From IMG/VR virus record IMGVR_UViG_3300035698_015907: a DNA stretch of 64,000 nt; one strand, written 5' to 3'. Within the stretch, counting starts at the first letter, position 1. Every line of letters starts with the position of its first letter. Origin of the DNA: a virus. This document shows positions 38,933 to 47,594 of this stretch, piece after piece. The notes under the pieces were generated by a model. That model saw only the letters and a list, made by a program, of their open reading frames with translations. It ran no database searches and had not been told where the DNA came from. The translations under genes were made by a program, and so were the position numbers.

Positions 38933-39427
38933 TTAACTCCTATTTAATAGGTGTACCGATTTTGTGATGTGCTTTCTATGTATTTTGCCACCTATGAATG
39001 AATTATAAAAATCATCTCTTATTAAAGCGTCCCTTACAATTTGTTCTCTCATTTCAAGATAATTCATATCGCCTTTAGAAGAGCACAAGTAAAGTATTTT
39101 TCTCGAAAAGCATTCTACTCCAAATTTTTCAATATCATTTTTCAGTTCAGCCGAACTTCCATAATATTCTTTCCAATCTGAAGAAATCCTAACTCTCTTA
39201 GTACGCTTTCTAGATTTGTTTTTAGGAAGCTTTTTTATCGCCCATAGGCCTTTTTGACCGATGTACTTTTTGCCATATGCGGCAGGGCTAAGGCATTCAA
39301 TTATATACACAAAACCAGCAAACTTTTGCAGTTCGCTATCTGGTAGGGTCAATTTAACCCCACTCTCAACAAGCCACGGATTGTTGTATTCTTGATCTGT
39401 TATTGATATTTGGTTTATGTCATCCAT
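38933..39427 (-). CDS. GIY-YIG nuclease, endonuclease II (DenA)-like
   Basis: GFVYII..KKYIGQK, SDWKEYYGSS, F.RKIL.LC..KG..NY.E, FYNSFI. Confidence 0.8.
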   Translation of the reverse strand: MDDINQISITDQEYNNPWLVESGVKLTLPDSELQKFAGFVYIIECLSPAAYGKKYIGQKGLWAIKKLPKNKSRKRTKRVRISSDWKEYYGSSAELKNDIEKFGVECFSRKILYLCSSKGDMNYLEMREQIVRDALIRDDFYNSFIGGKIHRKHITKSVHLLNRS

Positions 39428-39445
39428 AAACCTATTTATGAAAGT

Positions 39446-39691
39446 TTATTCGTAGTTTATTCTTTTAGTATGCTGTTTCATTATGAATTCAGACATCGCA
39501 TTAACTAGATTATCATTCAATTCAAATGTAGGCATTTCATGACTGTATGAATTTAACTTTTCTGTTAAATCATAAAAGACATCATGATAATAATCTTCGC
39601 TAATTTCACTTAAAAGAGTTCTTGAAAGTCTGTCAACTACATCTTTGTGTATTAATTCACCTATTGTTTTGTTTTTATTTTTGTTATTCAT
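39446..39691 (-). CDS. hypothetical protein
   Basis: GGGGA RBS before ATG 39691; packed in operon. Confidence 0.5.
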   Translation of the reverse strand: MNNKNKNKTIGELIHKDVVDRLSRTLLSEISEDYYHDVFYDLTEKLNSYSHEMPTFELNDNLVNAMSEFIMKQHTKRINYE

Positions 39692-39699
39692 TGATTCCC

Positions 39700-40083
39700 C
39701 TAAATTGCGCACATCCTAGTATAAAGTTTTAGTGCTTGTGTATTATGATCGTAATTTTGATAAATTCTATAAAAATAAGTATCCGGAAATAATCCTATAA
39801 AAGCAAAAATATTCGCATTTGCTTCTTCTAAAGTAGTTCCCACATAATATGTTTTAACAGAATATTCTTTTTCATATAACATAAAATTTGGTCCGGTCAA
39901 AAAACCGGCACATGTTTTTATTGCTGAAAGATTTATAAGTTCATCTGCGAGAAAAGTTTTGAATATTGTTTGGTCTGGAACAAGCGTATAACTAAGTTTG
40001 GTAATTTGTTCTTTCCAATCGAAGTAACTTATCATACTGCTATTAGAAACAGTAAGATCTATAATTTTGATCATTTCATTCAT
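39700..40083 (-). CDS. hypothetical protein
   Basis: ORF packed in operon; probable ATG 40083. Confidence 0.5.
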   Translation of the reverse strand: MNEMIKIIDLTVSNSSMISYFDWKEQITKLSYTLVPDQTIFKTFLADELINLSAIKTCAGFLTGPNFMLYEKEYSVKTYYVGTTLEEANANIFAFIGLFPDTYFYRIYQNYDHNTQALKLYTRMCAI

Positions 40084-40084
40084 T

Positions 40085-40762
40085 TCAATCTTCCTTTGTT
40101 TCAAACACTTTAATATCATCTCTGTTAGGTCCTAATCTAACAGCAGTTAGCTTTCCATAACCTGGCTCGTCTTTGAAAACGCAGCCTGTATCTATGTTGA
40201 TTTGATTTTTGTTCAACTGAACAAAAGGAACCGGAGTGTGTCCATGAACTACAAAGACATTTTCTGCGAATTCGCCATCATAATCTATCCAATCTCTATT
40301 CCAGACCATAGAAAAATCAGACTGCTCATTTAGCGGATATGGAGTTATTCCTGCATGAACAAAGAAATAATCACCTTCTCTGTGAAAGAGAACAGTATGT
40401 TGTTTTAACCATTCAATGTGGTCTTTCAAAACAAGACTGTTCAATGCTTCGCTGTTTTTGAACTTATAAGAATTATATGTTGCACCACCACCATTAAATA
40501 ACCACATTCCGGTATTGCCATCTAGTGCTTCAATCATCAGTTCTTCGTGATTACCACTAAGAAAAATGTATTCATGTTTTCCGTGAATCTGTAATTGAAT
40601 TAACTTATCAATTACAGATTTAGAATCAGGGCCGCGATCTACATAGTCTCCAAGAAAAACTATTTTTGCTGGCTCATCTTTAGTATCTTCTTCTATTATA
40701 TCAAGTAATTTCAGTAAAGCGTTATAGCAGCCGTGTATATCACCTATTGCATATAAATTCAT
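40085..40762 (-). CDS. serine/threonine protein phosphatase (PPP metallophosphoesterase)
   Basis: GDIHG, GDYVDRG, GNHE, FVHAG, HGHTP, IDTG. Confidence 0.92.
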   Translation of the reverse strand: MNLYAIGDIHGCYNALLKLLDIIEEDTKDEPAKIVFLGDYVDRGPDSKSVIDKLIQLQIHGKHEYIFLSGNHEELMIEALDGNTGMWLFNGGGATYNSYKFKNSEALNSLVLKDHIEWLKQHTVLFHREGDYFFVHAGITPYPLNEQSDFSMVWNRDWIDYDGEFAENVFVVHGHTPVPFVQLNKNQINIDTGCVFKDEPGYGKLTAVRLGPNRDDIKVFETKED

Positions 40763-41001
40763 TTAGCACCTATTCTTTTCAATTCCAATCTGAGATCATC
40801 ATATCCCCCGATTGAAACATCATTAATTAATATTTGTGGCACTGTTTTAGCGCCGGGTATTCTAGAAAGCATTTCTTGTAAATTTTTAGTATTTTCTTCT
40901 ACATCATAATATGTGTAATCTAATTCTAATTCTTCTAAAATATCTTTAGATCTGTCACAGTATACACAAGTCTCCTTTCCGTATATTTCTATAAAATACA
41001 T
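40759..41001 (-). CDS. nrdC: glutaredoxin
   Basis: CVYC, TVPQI, IGGY; adjacent to nrdA. Confidence 0.9.
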   Translation of the reverse strand: MYFIEIYGKETCVYCDRSKDILEELELDYTYYDVEENTKNLQEMLSRIPGAKTVPQILINDVSIGGYDDLRLELKRIGAK

Positions 41002-42773
41002 TATGCCTCACATGCTACACAAGAAAGAAGTTCTCTAGCATATTCTTGTGCTGGGTTTGTTGAACGCTGATAATACAAACTCTTCATTCCAAGCTTCCAA
41101 GATTCCACTAAAAGCATATTAACATCTTTTACTGGAGCATCAGGATGTATCATCAGATTAATAGACTGTGATTGATCAATATATCTCTGTCGCTGAGCAG
41201 CCTGAATTATAATTTCAATCTGTGGTATTTCACCGAACGTTTTAAATACAGCTTTTTCTTCTTCAGAGAGAAAATCAAGATGTTGTACAGATCCGCCGTG
41301 CATTAATATATCTTTCCAAATTTCAGCAGTATCTAAATTTTTGCTCTTAAGCAATTCTTTCAGATATGGATTTTTCTTGGTGAACTTACCTTTTGCAAGG
41401 TCTTTAACATAATAATTAGAATTTTCTGGTTCTGTAGCTGGAGACACTTGGCCCAAAATAAAGCTTGAAGATGTAGTTGGAGCTACGGCCATCGTAGTAG
41501 TGTTTCTCATGTTACAACCAATGAGAACTTCTGGTTCACCAAGCTTTTCAGCTAGCTTTGAAGAAGCTTCATAAGTCTGCTTCTTCATCTGCTTCCAAAT
41601 ATCAATATTTAGTTTCTTTGCTTCAGCAGATTCAAATGCAATCATTTTAGACTGGAGAAGAGAATGCCAGCCTAAAACACCCACACCAATTGCGCGGTGT
41701 CTTTCAGCAAAACGTGCAGCATCTTCCATGAACATATATTTTCTAGGATTTAATTTAATCTTATCAATATATTCTTGTATGACTGCATCTAGCAACCAAG
41801 TCAAAACTTCTATAGCATCAGTATCTTTCCATTCATCCCAATAAAGAAGATTCATAGAAGATAAACAGCAGACAAAAGATTCATCTACAGTGGAAGGGAG
41901 TGCAATTTCTGTGCATAAATTAGATGACCAGATTTTCATTTTTAGTTTTTTATACCAAGTCGGCTTTCCTTTATTCATATTATCGCCAAAAATGATATAT
42001 GGGTAGCCAGTTTCAAATCTCTTTTGGATTACTTTAGTCCATAGCTTTCTTTTAGGAGCGTCACCTTCTATCATAGATTCCATCCATTCATCAGAAACTA
42101 CAATACCAAAAGAAAGTCTCTGAATTGGGTGACCTTCATCTCTCATAGTCAACCATTCTTTTGCATCAGGATGCTCTATATCAAGATAAATCGCTGCATT
42201 GCCCCTTCTAACATTACCCTGAGAAACAACATTCACATTAGTCTGAGTTAATTCGGCAAAATGCGCTGGGCCGTCTGCGACTCCGCCAGTGGATATAATA
42301 GAATTTCTACCACGTAGCGCTCCAAAATAAGCAGACGTACCAGCTCCATGCTTTGACATCATTCCTATTTCAGCATTCTTCCTAAGAATTTCTCCCATGT
42401 CATCAGCAATATAAGAACCATTGCATGATATAGGCAAACCGTTCGGAGAACCAAAATTAGACCAGACTGGTGATGCTAGAGAAAACCATCCTCTGAGCAT
42501 ATAATCTTCAAATTTATCAGCATAACCTTTACCAAGATGCTTTTCAGCAGCAACTGCAATTTCTCTGATTCTTTCTTCTGGAGTTTGGTTGTCTCTTAAA
42601 TAACCACGAGAAAGAAAAGTTCTTGAATCTTTATTAAGCCACCTTTCAGTATTAGGACTTTCCATTTTTATTATACCACTTGAAACTAGTTTATTGACAA
42701 TACGAACTGCTAAAGCTTCATTCGCTCTTTTAAAATTTTCGGAACTAATACCTTTTGAAATATAAGCTCCCAT
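41001..42773 (-). CDS. nrdA: class I ribonucleotide reductase alpha subunit (no ATP cone)
   Basis: PISC, SNLCTEI, APTTSSS, YIDQSQS.NL, KSLYY, C-terminal CVACE. Confidence 0.95.
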   Translation of the reverse strand: MGAYISKGISSENFKRANEALAVRIVNKLVSSGIIKMESPNTERWLNKDSRTFLSRGYLRDNQTPEERIREIAVAAEKHLGKGYADKFEDYMLRGWFSLASPVWSNFGSPNGLPISCNGSYIADDMGEILRKNAEIGMMSKHGAGTSAYFGALRGRNSIISTGGVADGPAHFAELTQTNVNVVSQGNVRRGNAAIYLDIEHPDAKEWLTMRDEGHPIQRLSFGIVVSDEWMESMIEGDAPKRKLWTKVIQKRFETGYPYIIFGDNMNKGKPTWYKKLKMKIWSSNLCTEIALPSTVDESFVCCLSSMNLLYWDEWKDTDAIEVLTWLLDAVIQEYIDKIKLNPRKYMFMEDAARFAERHRAIGVGVLGWHSLLQSKMIAFESAEAKKLNIDIWKQMKKQTYEASSKLAEKLGEPEVLIGCNMRNTTTMAVAPTTSSSFILGQVSPATEPENSNYYVKDLAKGKFTKKNPYLKELLKSKNLDTAEIWKDILMHGGSVQHLDFLSEEEKAVFKTFGEIPQIEIIIQAAQRQRYIDQSQSINLMIHPDAPVKDVNMLLVESWKLGMKSLYYQRSTNPAQEYARELLSCVACEA

Positions 42774-42776
42774 ATA

Positions 42777-43751
42777 TCAGAATAAATCTGCTTCGTCAAA
42801 GACTTTGCTCTTTTTAGAATATTCAATAGGACGACCATGAAAGAAATCAGTCATAGCATTACCAAGAACAGTCTCTTCAAACCACAAAGTTCTTTCAACA
42901 TTTTCGGTTATTGTATAGAATGGAGCTCCATAGCCTATTTGTACCATAGAATCATTAATTCTTTTAGCAACAAAATCTTTTAGAATTTCTGCTGATAGAT
43001 TTTCGTGCTCATAATCACCAACAATCCAATCAATAAGCTTGCACTCAGCTTCAAACGCTGAATATATTTCTCTATTGATGAGAGCTTTTAGCTCATCATC
43101 AAAAAGTTCAGGATATTCTACATGTAAGGTGTTGATCAACTTAATTCCAAGCTGAGCATGTAGTGTTTCTTCATTCTTAGTATACTGAACTTGTTGTGCA
43201 GTATCTTTAAGAATATTTTTATATCTGTTTAAATGTAATATAATATAGAACTGAGAAAACAATGAAACATTTTCAACGAACAAAGTGAATAATATTAGTG
43301 CATAAATCTGCTGCTTTTTATCATCATCAAAAACTTTAGAAAGATACTTTCTTAAATAAGTAACCCTACCAAAAAGTTCTGGTTCTCTAAGATTTTCCTC
43401 AAAAGCTCTACCAAGACCTAATCTATCTATTAGTTTTTCATATGCTTGATTATGAATGACTTCGGAATTAGCCATAACAAAACCAATATCAGACATTGAA
43501 GGATGGGGAAACTTATCACCAAGTTGTGCCCAAAACTTTTTAACTGCTATTTCTACCTGGCCAATAGCAGATAGTGTTTTAACGAGCATTATTTTTTCAT
43601 CTTCTGGCATCTCAGATTTAAACTGAGAAAAATCTGATTTGAAATCAAATTCATTCGGAGTCCAGAACCCAGCCCACATTCTATCGATGAACTCTTGCGT
43701 CCACGGGTACATATTAGGTTTACGTGCGATCTGTTCATCGAATAATCCCAT
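42777..43751 (-). CDS. nrdB: class I ribonucleotide reductase beta subunit (class Id-like)
   Basis: FWTPNEF, QVEIAVK, EVIH..AY, VENVSLFSQF, EETLH, DFF..EY. Confidence 0.93.
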   Translation of the reverse strand: MGLFDEQIARKPNMYPWTQEFIDRMWAGFWTPNEFDFKSDFSQFKSEMPEDEKIMLVKTLSAIGQVEIAVKKFWAQLGDKFPHPSMSDIGFVMANSEVIHNQAYEKLIDRLGLGRAFEENLREPELFGRVTYLRKYLSKVFDDDKKQQIYALILFTLFVENVSLFSQFYIILHLNRYKNILKDTAQQVQYTKNEETLHAQLGIKLINTLHVEYPELFDDELKALINREIYSAFEAECKLIDWIVGDYEHENLSAEILKDFVAKRINDSMVQIGYGAPFYTITENVERTLWFEETVLGNAMTDFFHGRPIEYSKKSKVFDEADLF

Positions 43752-43773
43752 TTCTTGGTTCCTTAAATTGATA

Positions 43774-44787
43774 TTATATTTGTTTATATTCAGAAAGCTT
43801 TACTGATGCCATGACACCATAGAATGTGTTTTTATCAATAATGTCTTTTACTTCAGCTGCAGTCATCCCCGCAACTATCATTTCATTCACATCTTTTCCT
43901 GGCACACTATTTGGCCAAATGCACACATGTCTACCGTCACTTATGAACTTCTTCATAAGTTTTAATATCTCTTTATTCCTAGGCTCGTTATCTAGGATTA
44001 TGATTGAATCATTAAAGTCTGGAACACTTCCTGAAGAACCCGCAAAAGCTATTGAGTTCTTTATAAAGAAGGAATCTATAGGTCCTTCGAATATGTATAC
44101 TCTTTCGTTAGGATCTATCTTATCCATACCATAGAGTTTATTAGCATTCTCATCAAATTTTATTGTGATGTATTTGAGTGCTGATTTGCTTTTAAACGAT
44201 CGTCCTGTTACAGCGAATATTTTACCCGTAGAATCTATAAACGGTATGACCAATCTAGGTTCATCCATTTTAAGTTTAGATTCTTCAAATTTATTAGGTA
44301 CTATAGTGTTTATCCACTCCATATATCGAGTGGTAAAATATAATCTCTCATAAACTGTAGTTGGTATCTTTCTTTTATCAAGATAAGATATAACTGGGTG
44401 TTCATCAGGAAAACTAGTTATTTTAGTTAAATTAGACAATACACCAGGAATTTCTTCCACAACATTTGGTGTATCTATATTTTTATCTGGCTTGTAAGTA
44501 CCGCTACGAAGCTCTTTTAATAGCTCAAGTCTATATTCTCCATATAGACCAACATCTAGTTCTTTTAAAAGTTTAGAAAATGTAGTGCCATAACCACAGT
44601 TGTGACACTTGTAAATTAATCTACCATCTAATGAATAGATGTATCCTCTAGCTCGAAATTTATTTTTTTCGGAGTCGCCGCATATTGGACATCTAAAATT
44701 CCAAGCGCTACCTCTTTTAGAAAATCTTTCTAATCTAGGAGATAATAAGCTTAAATATTTCTCTTCAAGCCAGATATAGCTCAACAA
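43774..44787 (-). CDS. gp61: DNA primase gp61
   Basis: RCPICGDS..YKCHNC zinc finger, EPRLVIPF, EGPIDS, DNEPRN, KDVNEM. Confidence 0.95.
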   Translation of the reverse strand: MLSYIWLEEKYLSLLSPRLERFSKRGSAWNFRCPICGDSEKNKFRARGYIYSLDGRLIYKCHNCGYGTTFSKLLKELDVGLYGEYRLELLKELRSGTYKPDKNIDTPNVVEEIPGVLSNLTKITSFPDEHPVISYLDKRKIPTTVYERLYFTTRYMEWINTIVPNKFEESKLKMDEPRLVIPFIDSTGKIFAVTGRSFKSKSALKYITIKFDENANKLYGMDKIDPNERVYIFEGPIDSFFIKNSIAFAGSSGSVPDFNDSIIILDNEPRNKEILKLMKKFISDGRHVCIWPNSVPGKDVNEMIVAGMTAAEVKDIIDKNTFYGVMASVKLSEYKQI

Positions 44788-44801
44788 ATTGAATAAAGTC
44801 C

Positions 44802-44849
44802 AAAATAATACGGGTGACCTATTATACTAAATAGACCACCCGTTGTCAA
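44802..44849 (-). promoter_or_regulatory. perfect sigma70 promoter embedded in a terminator-like hairpin
   Basis: TTGACA(44844-49)-N17-TATAAT(44821-26); 14-bp stem ACGGGUGGUCUAUU/AAUAGGUCACCCGU (44810-44843) followed by AUUAUUUU. Confidence 0.85.
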
Positions 44850-44853
44850 GGAA

Positions 44854-45096
44854 TTAAGACTGTGTGTTGAGTATTACTTTAATCCAGTTAATTACATTAT
44901 CATATAAAGCGATAATAGCTATTATGCCACCCGCAAAAACGAATAATACATTGCGCGCATACTTAGAAATCCAATTCAAACTTTTTTGTTTTACAAGCAT
45001 ATCTCGAAGAATGAGATATTCTGATCTAGGTAAAGTTACAACTACAACTTCGTCTCCCGTAGATACTGATTCTGTAACATCATTTTTCGGGGCCAC
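44854..45096 (-). CDS. small single-TM membrane protein (holin-like candidate)
   Basis: One C-proximal hydrophobic segment VLFVFAGGIIAIIALY. Confidence 0.45.
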   Translation of the reverse strand: MAPKNDVTESVSTGDEVVVVTLPRSEYLILRDMLVKQKSLNWISKYARNVLFVFAGGIIAIIALYDNVINWIKVILNTQS

Positions 45097-45102
45097 TGTA
45101 AT

Positions 45103-45255
45103 TTACCCCTTCTTAGAAAACTTGTCAAAAACACCTTTGATCCAGCTCCATGCTACTGCTGCAATATCCTTAATAAGCTCATAAGCTACAGGAAATTTCC
45201 AGAAAATAAGCCACCCAGTAACTAAGCCTAGGAAATAGAAGATAAACTCAGACAT
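45103..45255 (-). CDS. 50-aa membrane protein
   Basis: Not in track; MSEFIFYFLGLVTGGLIFWKFPVAYELIKDIAAVAWSWIKGVFDKFSKKG; GGAG upstream. Confidence 0.55.
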   Translation of the reverse strand: MSEFIFYFLGLVTGWLIFWKFPVAYELIKDIAAVAWSWIKGVFDKFSKKG

Positions 45256-45433
45256 TATTATTTCTCCCTTTCTTCTTATTCCTAGTAAGACGTTGTAAAA
45301 GTTTCATCATGGCAGTTTTTCCTGGTGGCTCGCCTCTCGGTCCAACACCTATACCATCTACTGCGCCGCCCCCGGCATTATTAGTAGGAGAATCTTCGAT
45401 AATATTCTTAGATGTCCTGTAAAACTTTTTCAA
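45248..45433 (-). CDS. small head-internal-like protein
   Basis: Probable TTG start 45433: MKKFY..IIEDSPTNNAGGG..GIG, a T4-like capsid-targeting-type N-terminus. Confidence 0.5.
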   Translation of the reverse strand: MKKFYRTSKNIIEDSPTNNAGGGAVDGIGVGPRGEPPGKTAMMKLLQRLTRNKKKGRNNNV

Positions 45434-45806
45434 TATGTTTGTCCGGAATAATTTCGTCACAATATATAGTTAAATTATTAATGCCAATTCCATATACTCT
45501 ATCAGGTAAAGTTCCTAATAAATCAAGAAATGGCGATAAGTATTCTTCAAAACCTTCAAGTTTAAGAAATAGCATTTTAGTCGTTTTTTCAGGACTAAAA
45601 ACATTATTAAGAGATATAATATGATTAAGTATCAATCGTTCTCTTAATTCACCGGTTTCTCTATATTTGTTGAGTAACCTTTTGATGTATTTGAATCTTT
45701 TAATATCTTCTTCAAATTCATCGATGTCATAGCACTGTGGATTATCATAATGTTTGGCCGCATACAGAAGCCAATTAGAATCGTCCAATTGATCATAATC
45801 AAACAT
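45408..45806 (-). CDS. conserved T4-like hypothetical protein
   Basis: LLYAAKHYDNPQC..EFEEDIKRFKYIKRLL..LRERLILNHII..NVF. Confidence 0.8.
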   Translation of the reverse strand: MFDYDQLDDSNWLLYAAKHYDNPQCYDIDEFEEDIKRFKYIKRLLNKYRETGELRERLILNHIISLNNVFSPEKTTKMLFLKLEGFEEYLSPFLDLLGTLPDRVYGIGINNLTIYCDEIIPDKHIEKVLQDI

Positions 45807-45812
45807 ATGGAC

Positions 45813-46139
45813 TTACCAGGATATTGCAACTCTTTTAATAGTACTAGCTCCAGTAATAATATAGATATAATCGCCATCTGACCATATAGATCCAACAGGA
45901 TAACCAGATGGGACATCTGTAGAATTAGCTGGTGTAGTAGTATCTGTAGCAATCAAGTAAGGAGCTTGAACACTTCCTCCGAATTCAACGTTTGCTACAA
46001 CATTTGATTCCAGAAAAACTTTAGCGGTGGATTTTTTTCCAGTAGGAGTTCCTGACGGATCGTCTATTATGTAAATTAGGTCCTCTGCAGCGACCGTTGT
46101 GATCGCTGAGAGGTCTGTTACTTTCTTTGATGTGGCCAA
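45813..46139 (-). CDS. small virion structural protein
   Basis: KKVTDL..DLIYIID N-terminal module and TPA..G.I..D.DYIYI..IKRVAISW fibre module. Confidence 0.6.
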   Translation of the reverse strand: MATSKKVTDLSAITTVAAEDLIYIIDDPSGTPTGKKSTAKVFLESNVVANVEFGGSVQAPYLIATDTTTPANSTDVPSGYPVGSIWSDGDYIYIITGASTIKRVAISW

Positions 46140-46155
46140 TGTAGTTTATCCTCTA

Positions 46156-46773
46156 TTAGCTGAATGTTAATGCAGCAGCTTCAGAATAAACTGTGGTTGT
46201 GTTGGTATTGCTTAGCCTTGCTCTCCACAACGAACCATCAGTCAAACCATTGGTGTTAGATATAGACAGCGTAGCTGTATCTACATTAGAATAAACACCT
46301 GCTTCGGCAACGTTAACAAAAGTTCCATTAGCGTCAACATCAACCTGCCACAAGTAATCAATTGATCCACCTGTTGGATTGGTGATAGCAACAACAGTGA
46401 ATGTTGCTGGATCATCTTCTGTAACTTCACTAGCAGAAGGATCTGTACTAACAAGAATTACATAGTTATCAATACCGTCAGCAGCATCACCAGTAAATGA
46501 AGATGATGTTACTAGAGTTTCATAGATAACTCGACCGGCTCTACCACCAGAGCCAGTAGTTTTAAGATTCCACCCAGCATGAGCAACATCAACAAAAATT
46601 GTTTCAACATCTGAGACACCGAACATTCCATGAGTTGCACCAGTGATGTAAGCGCTACTAGTTGTGTTATTAAATAATGCGTTTGAAGTCGTTGAATTAG
46701 CGACTTTATTCAAGAGGGCTGGTGCCCAGCTAACCGAGTTGGCCTCTTGATCGTTTCTACCCCATTGGGCCAT
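46156..46773 (-). CDS. virion surface protein with Ig-like domain
   Basis: MAQWG..AHAGW..GRAGRVIYETLV module; ATFTVVA..YLWQ..TLSIS..WRARLS..SEAAALT Ig domain; AGGAG RBS. Confidence 0.7.
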   Translation of the reverse strand: MAQWGRNDQEANSVSWAPALLNKVANSTTSNALFNNTTSSAYITGATHGMFGVSDVETIFVDVAHAGWNLKTTGSGGRAGRVIYETLVTSSSFTGDAADGIDNYVILVSTDPSASEVTEDDPATFTVVAITNPTGGSIDYLWQVDVDANGTFVNVAEAGVYSNVDTATLSISNTNGLTDGSLWRARLSNTNTTTVYSEAAALTFS

Positions 46774-46804
46774 TGATTGACTCTCCTGATATTATCTGGT
46801 GTTA

Positions 46805-46812
46805 TATTTATA
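46805..46812 (-). promoter_or_regulatory. T4-type late promoter
   Basis: TATAAATA upstream of 46773. Confidence 0.75.
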
Positions 46813-47029
46813 CGTCACGTATTAAGGTAGGATCGGCAGAAATAGCTAGAACAGCTGTTTCTGTGATGCTTCTATTGTGACTACCAGAGAGTCTAGACCT
46901 AACAAGATTCCATGTAAAAGATTCAGATGTATTAGTTGGAGCTGCACCCGGATGAGGTTTCTTAACCTCTGGGTATAGAATAATTTCTCCGTACTGATTT
47001 TTCTTTTGCTTTTTTGACTTCTTTTGCAT
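46808..47029 (-). CDS. hypothetical protein (likely late)
   Basis: TATAAATA at 47063-47070 upstream, inside the previous gene. Confidence 0.45.
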   Translation of the reverse strand: MQKKSKKQKKNQYGEIILYPEVKKPHPGAAPTNTSESFTWNLVRSRLSGSHNRSITETAVLAISADPTLIRDV

Positions 47030-47594
47030 TATTAGACCTATTAGAAGACTCTCTCTTAGGTCTATTTATACTGTTAATATCTCGATATAAATTAAAAATA
47101 TCTATTGGAGACACATCTTTATAAGCAGAGCGGAATGATTTGTAATCTCCATCATTAACAAATGATCTTATTTTGGTACCAGACAACCAATTTTCATCAT
47201 TTCGTACACATGGTAATACAGTCGTAGTTGAAAAATTGAAATTTTTTGTATTACAATTCTCAAGCATTCTAAAATATTCTTTAGATCTATCTGATCCACA
47301 TACCAATACAACATTTTTGTAGCTAATGTTAATGTATGTTAACCAATCTACTATATGCATTTTATCTGGAGTAGATAATTCATAATTAGCATAACCTAAT
47401 ATCTTAGGAAGATAAGAAAACTTTGTTTCGGGCTTTAATGGGTTGTGAGAATTTCCACTAGTACAAGAAACACCTATTATATGATCAAAATTACACGACT
47501 CTGCTATATCTATAACAGTATCTCTGATAATTTTATGACCGAGTGTGGGAGGATTAAAACGGCCGAACGAAAATACTACGGTGTCTGATGCCAT
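46962..47594 (-). CDS. cytidylyltransferase-like (HxGH) nucleotidyltransferase
   Basis: FSFGRFNPPTLGH, NPL, VCGSDR, SGTKIR. Confidence 0.85.
   Translation of the reverse strand: MASDTVVFSFGRFNPPTLGHKIIRDTVIDIAESCNFDHIIGVSCTSGNSHNPLKPETKFSYLPKILGYANYELSTPDKMHIVDWLTYINISYKNVVLVCGSDRSKEYFRMLENCNTKNFNFSTTTVLPCVRNDENWLSGTKIRSFVNDGDYKSFRSAYKDVSPIDIFNLYRDINSINRPKRESSNRSNNAKEVKKAKEKSVRRNYSIPRG

Noticed and set aside
38933-39427. GIY-YIG gene as a mobile homing endonuclease
   Set aside because: Short, no C-terminal DNA-binding repeats, EndoII-like motifs, not inside an intron
41001-44787. Introns or inteins in nrdA, nrdB or primase
   Set aside because: ORFs are continuous and of ordinary length
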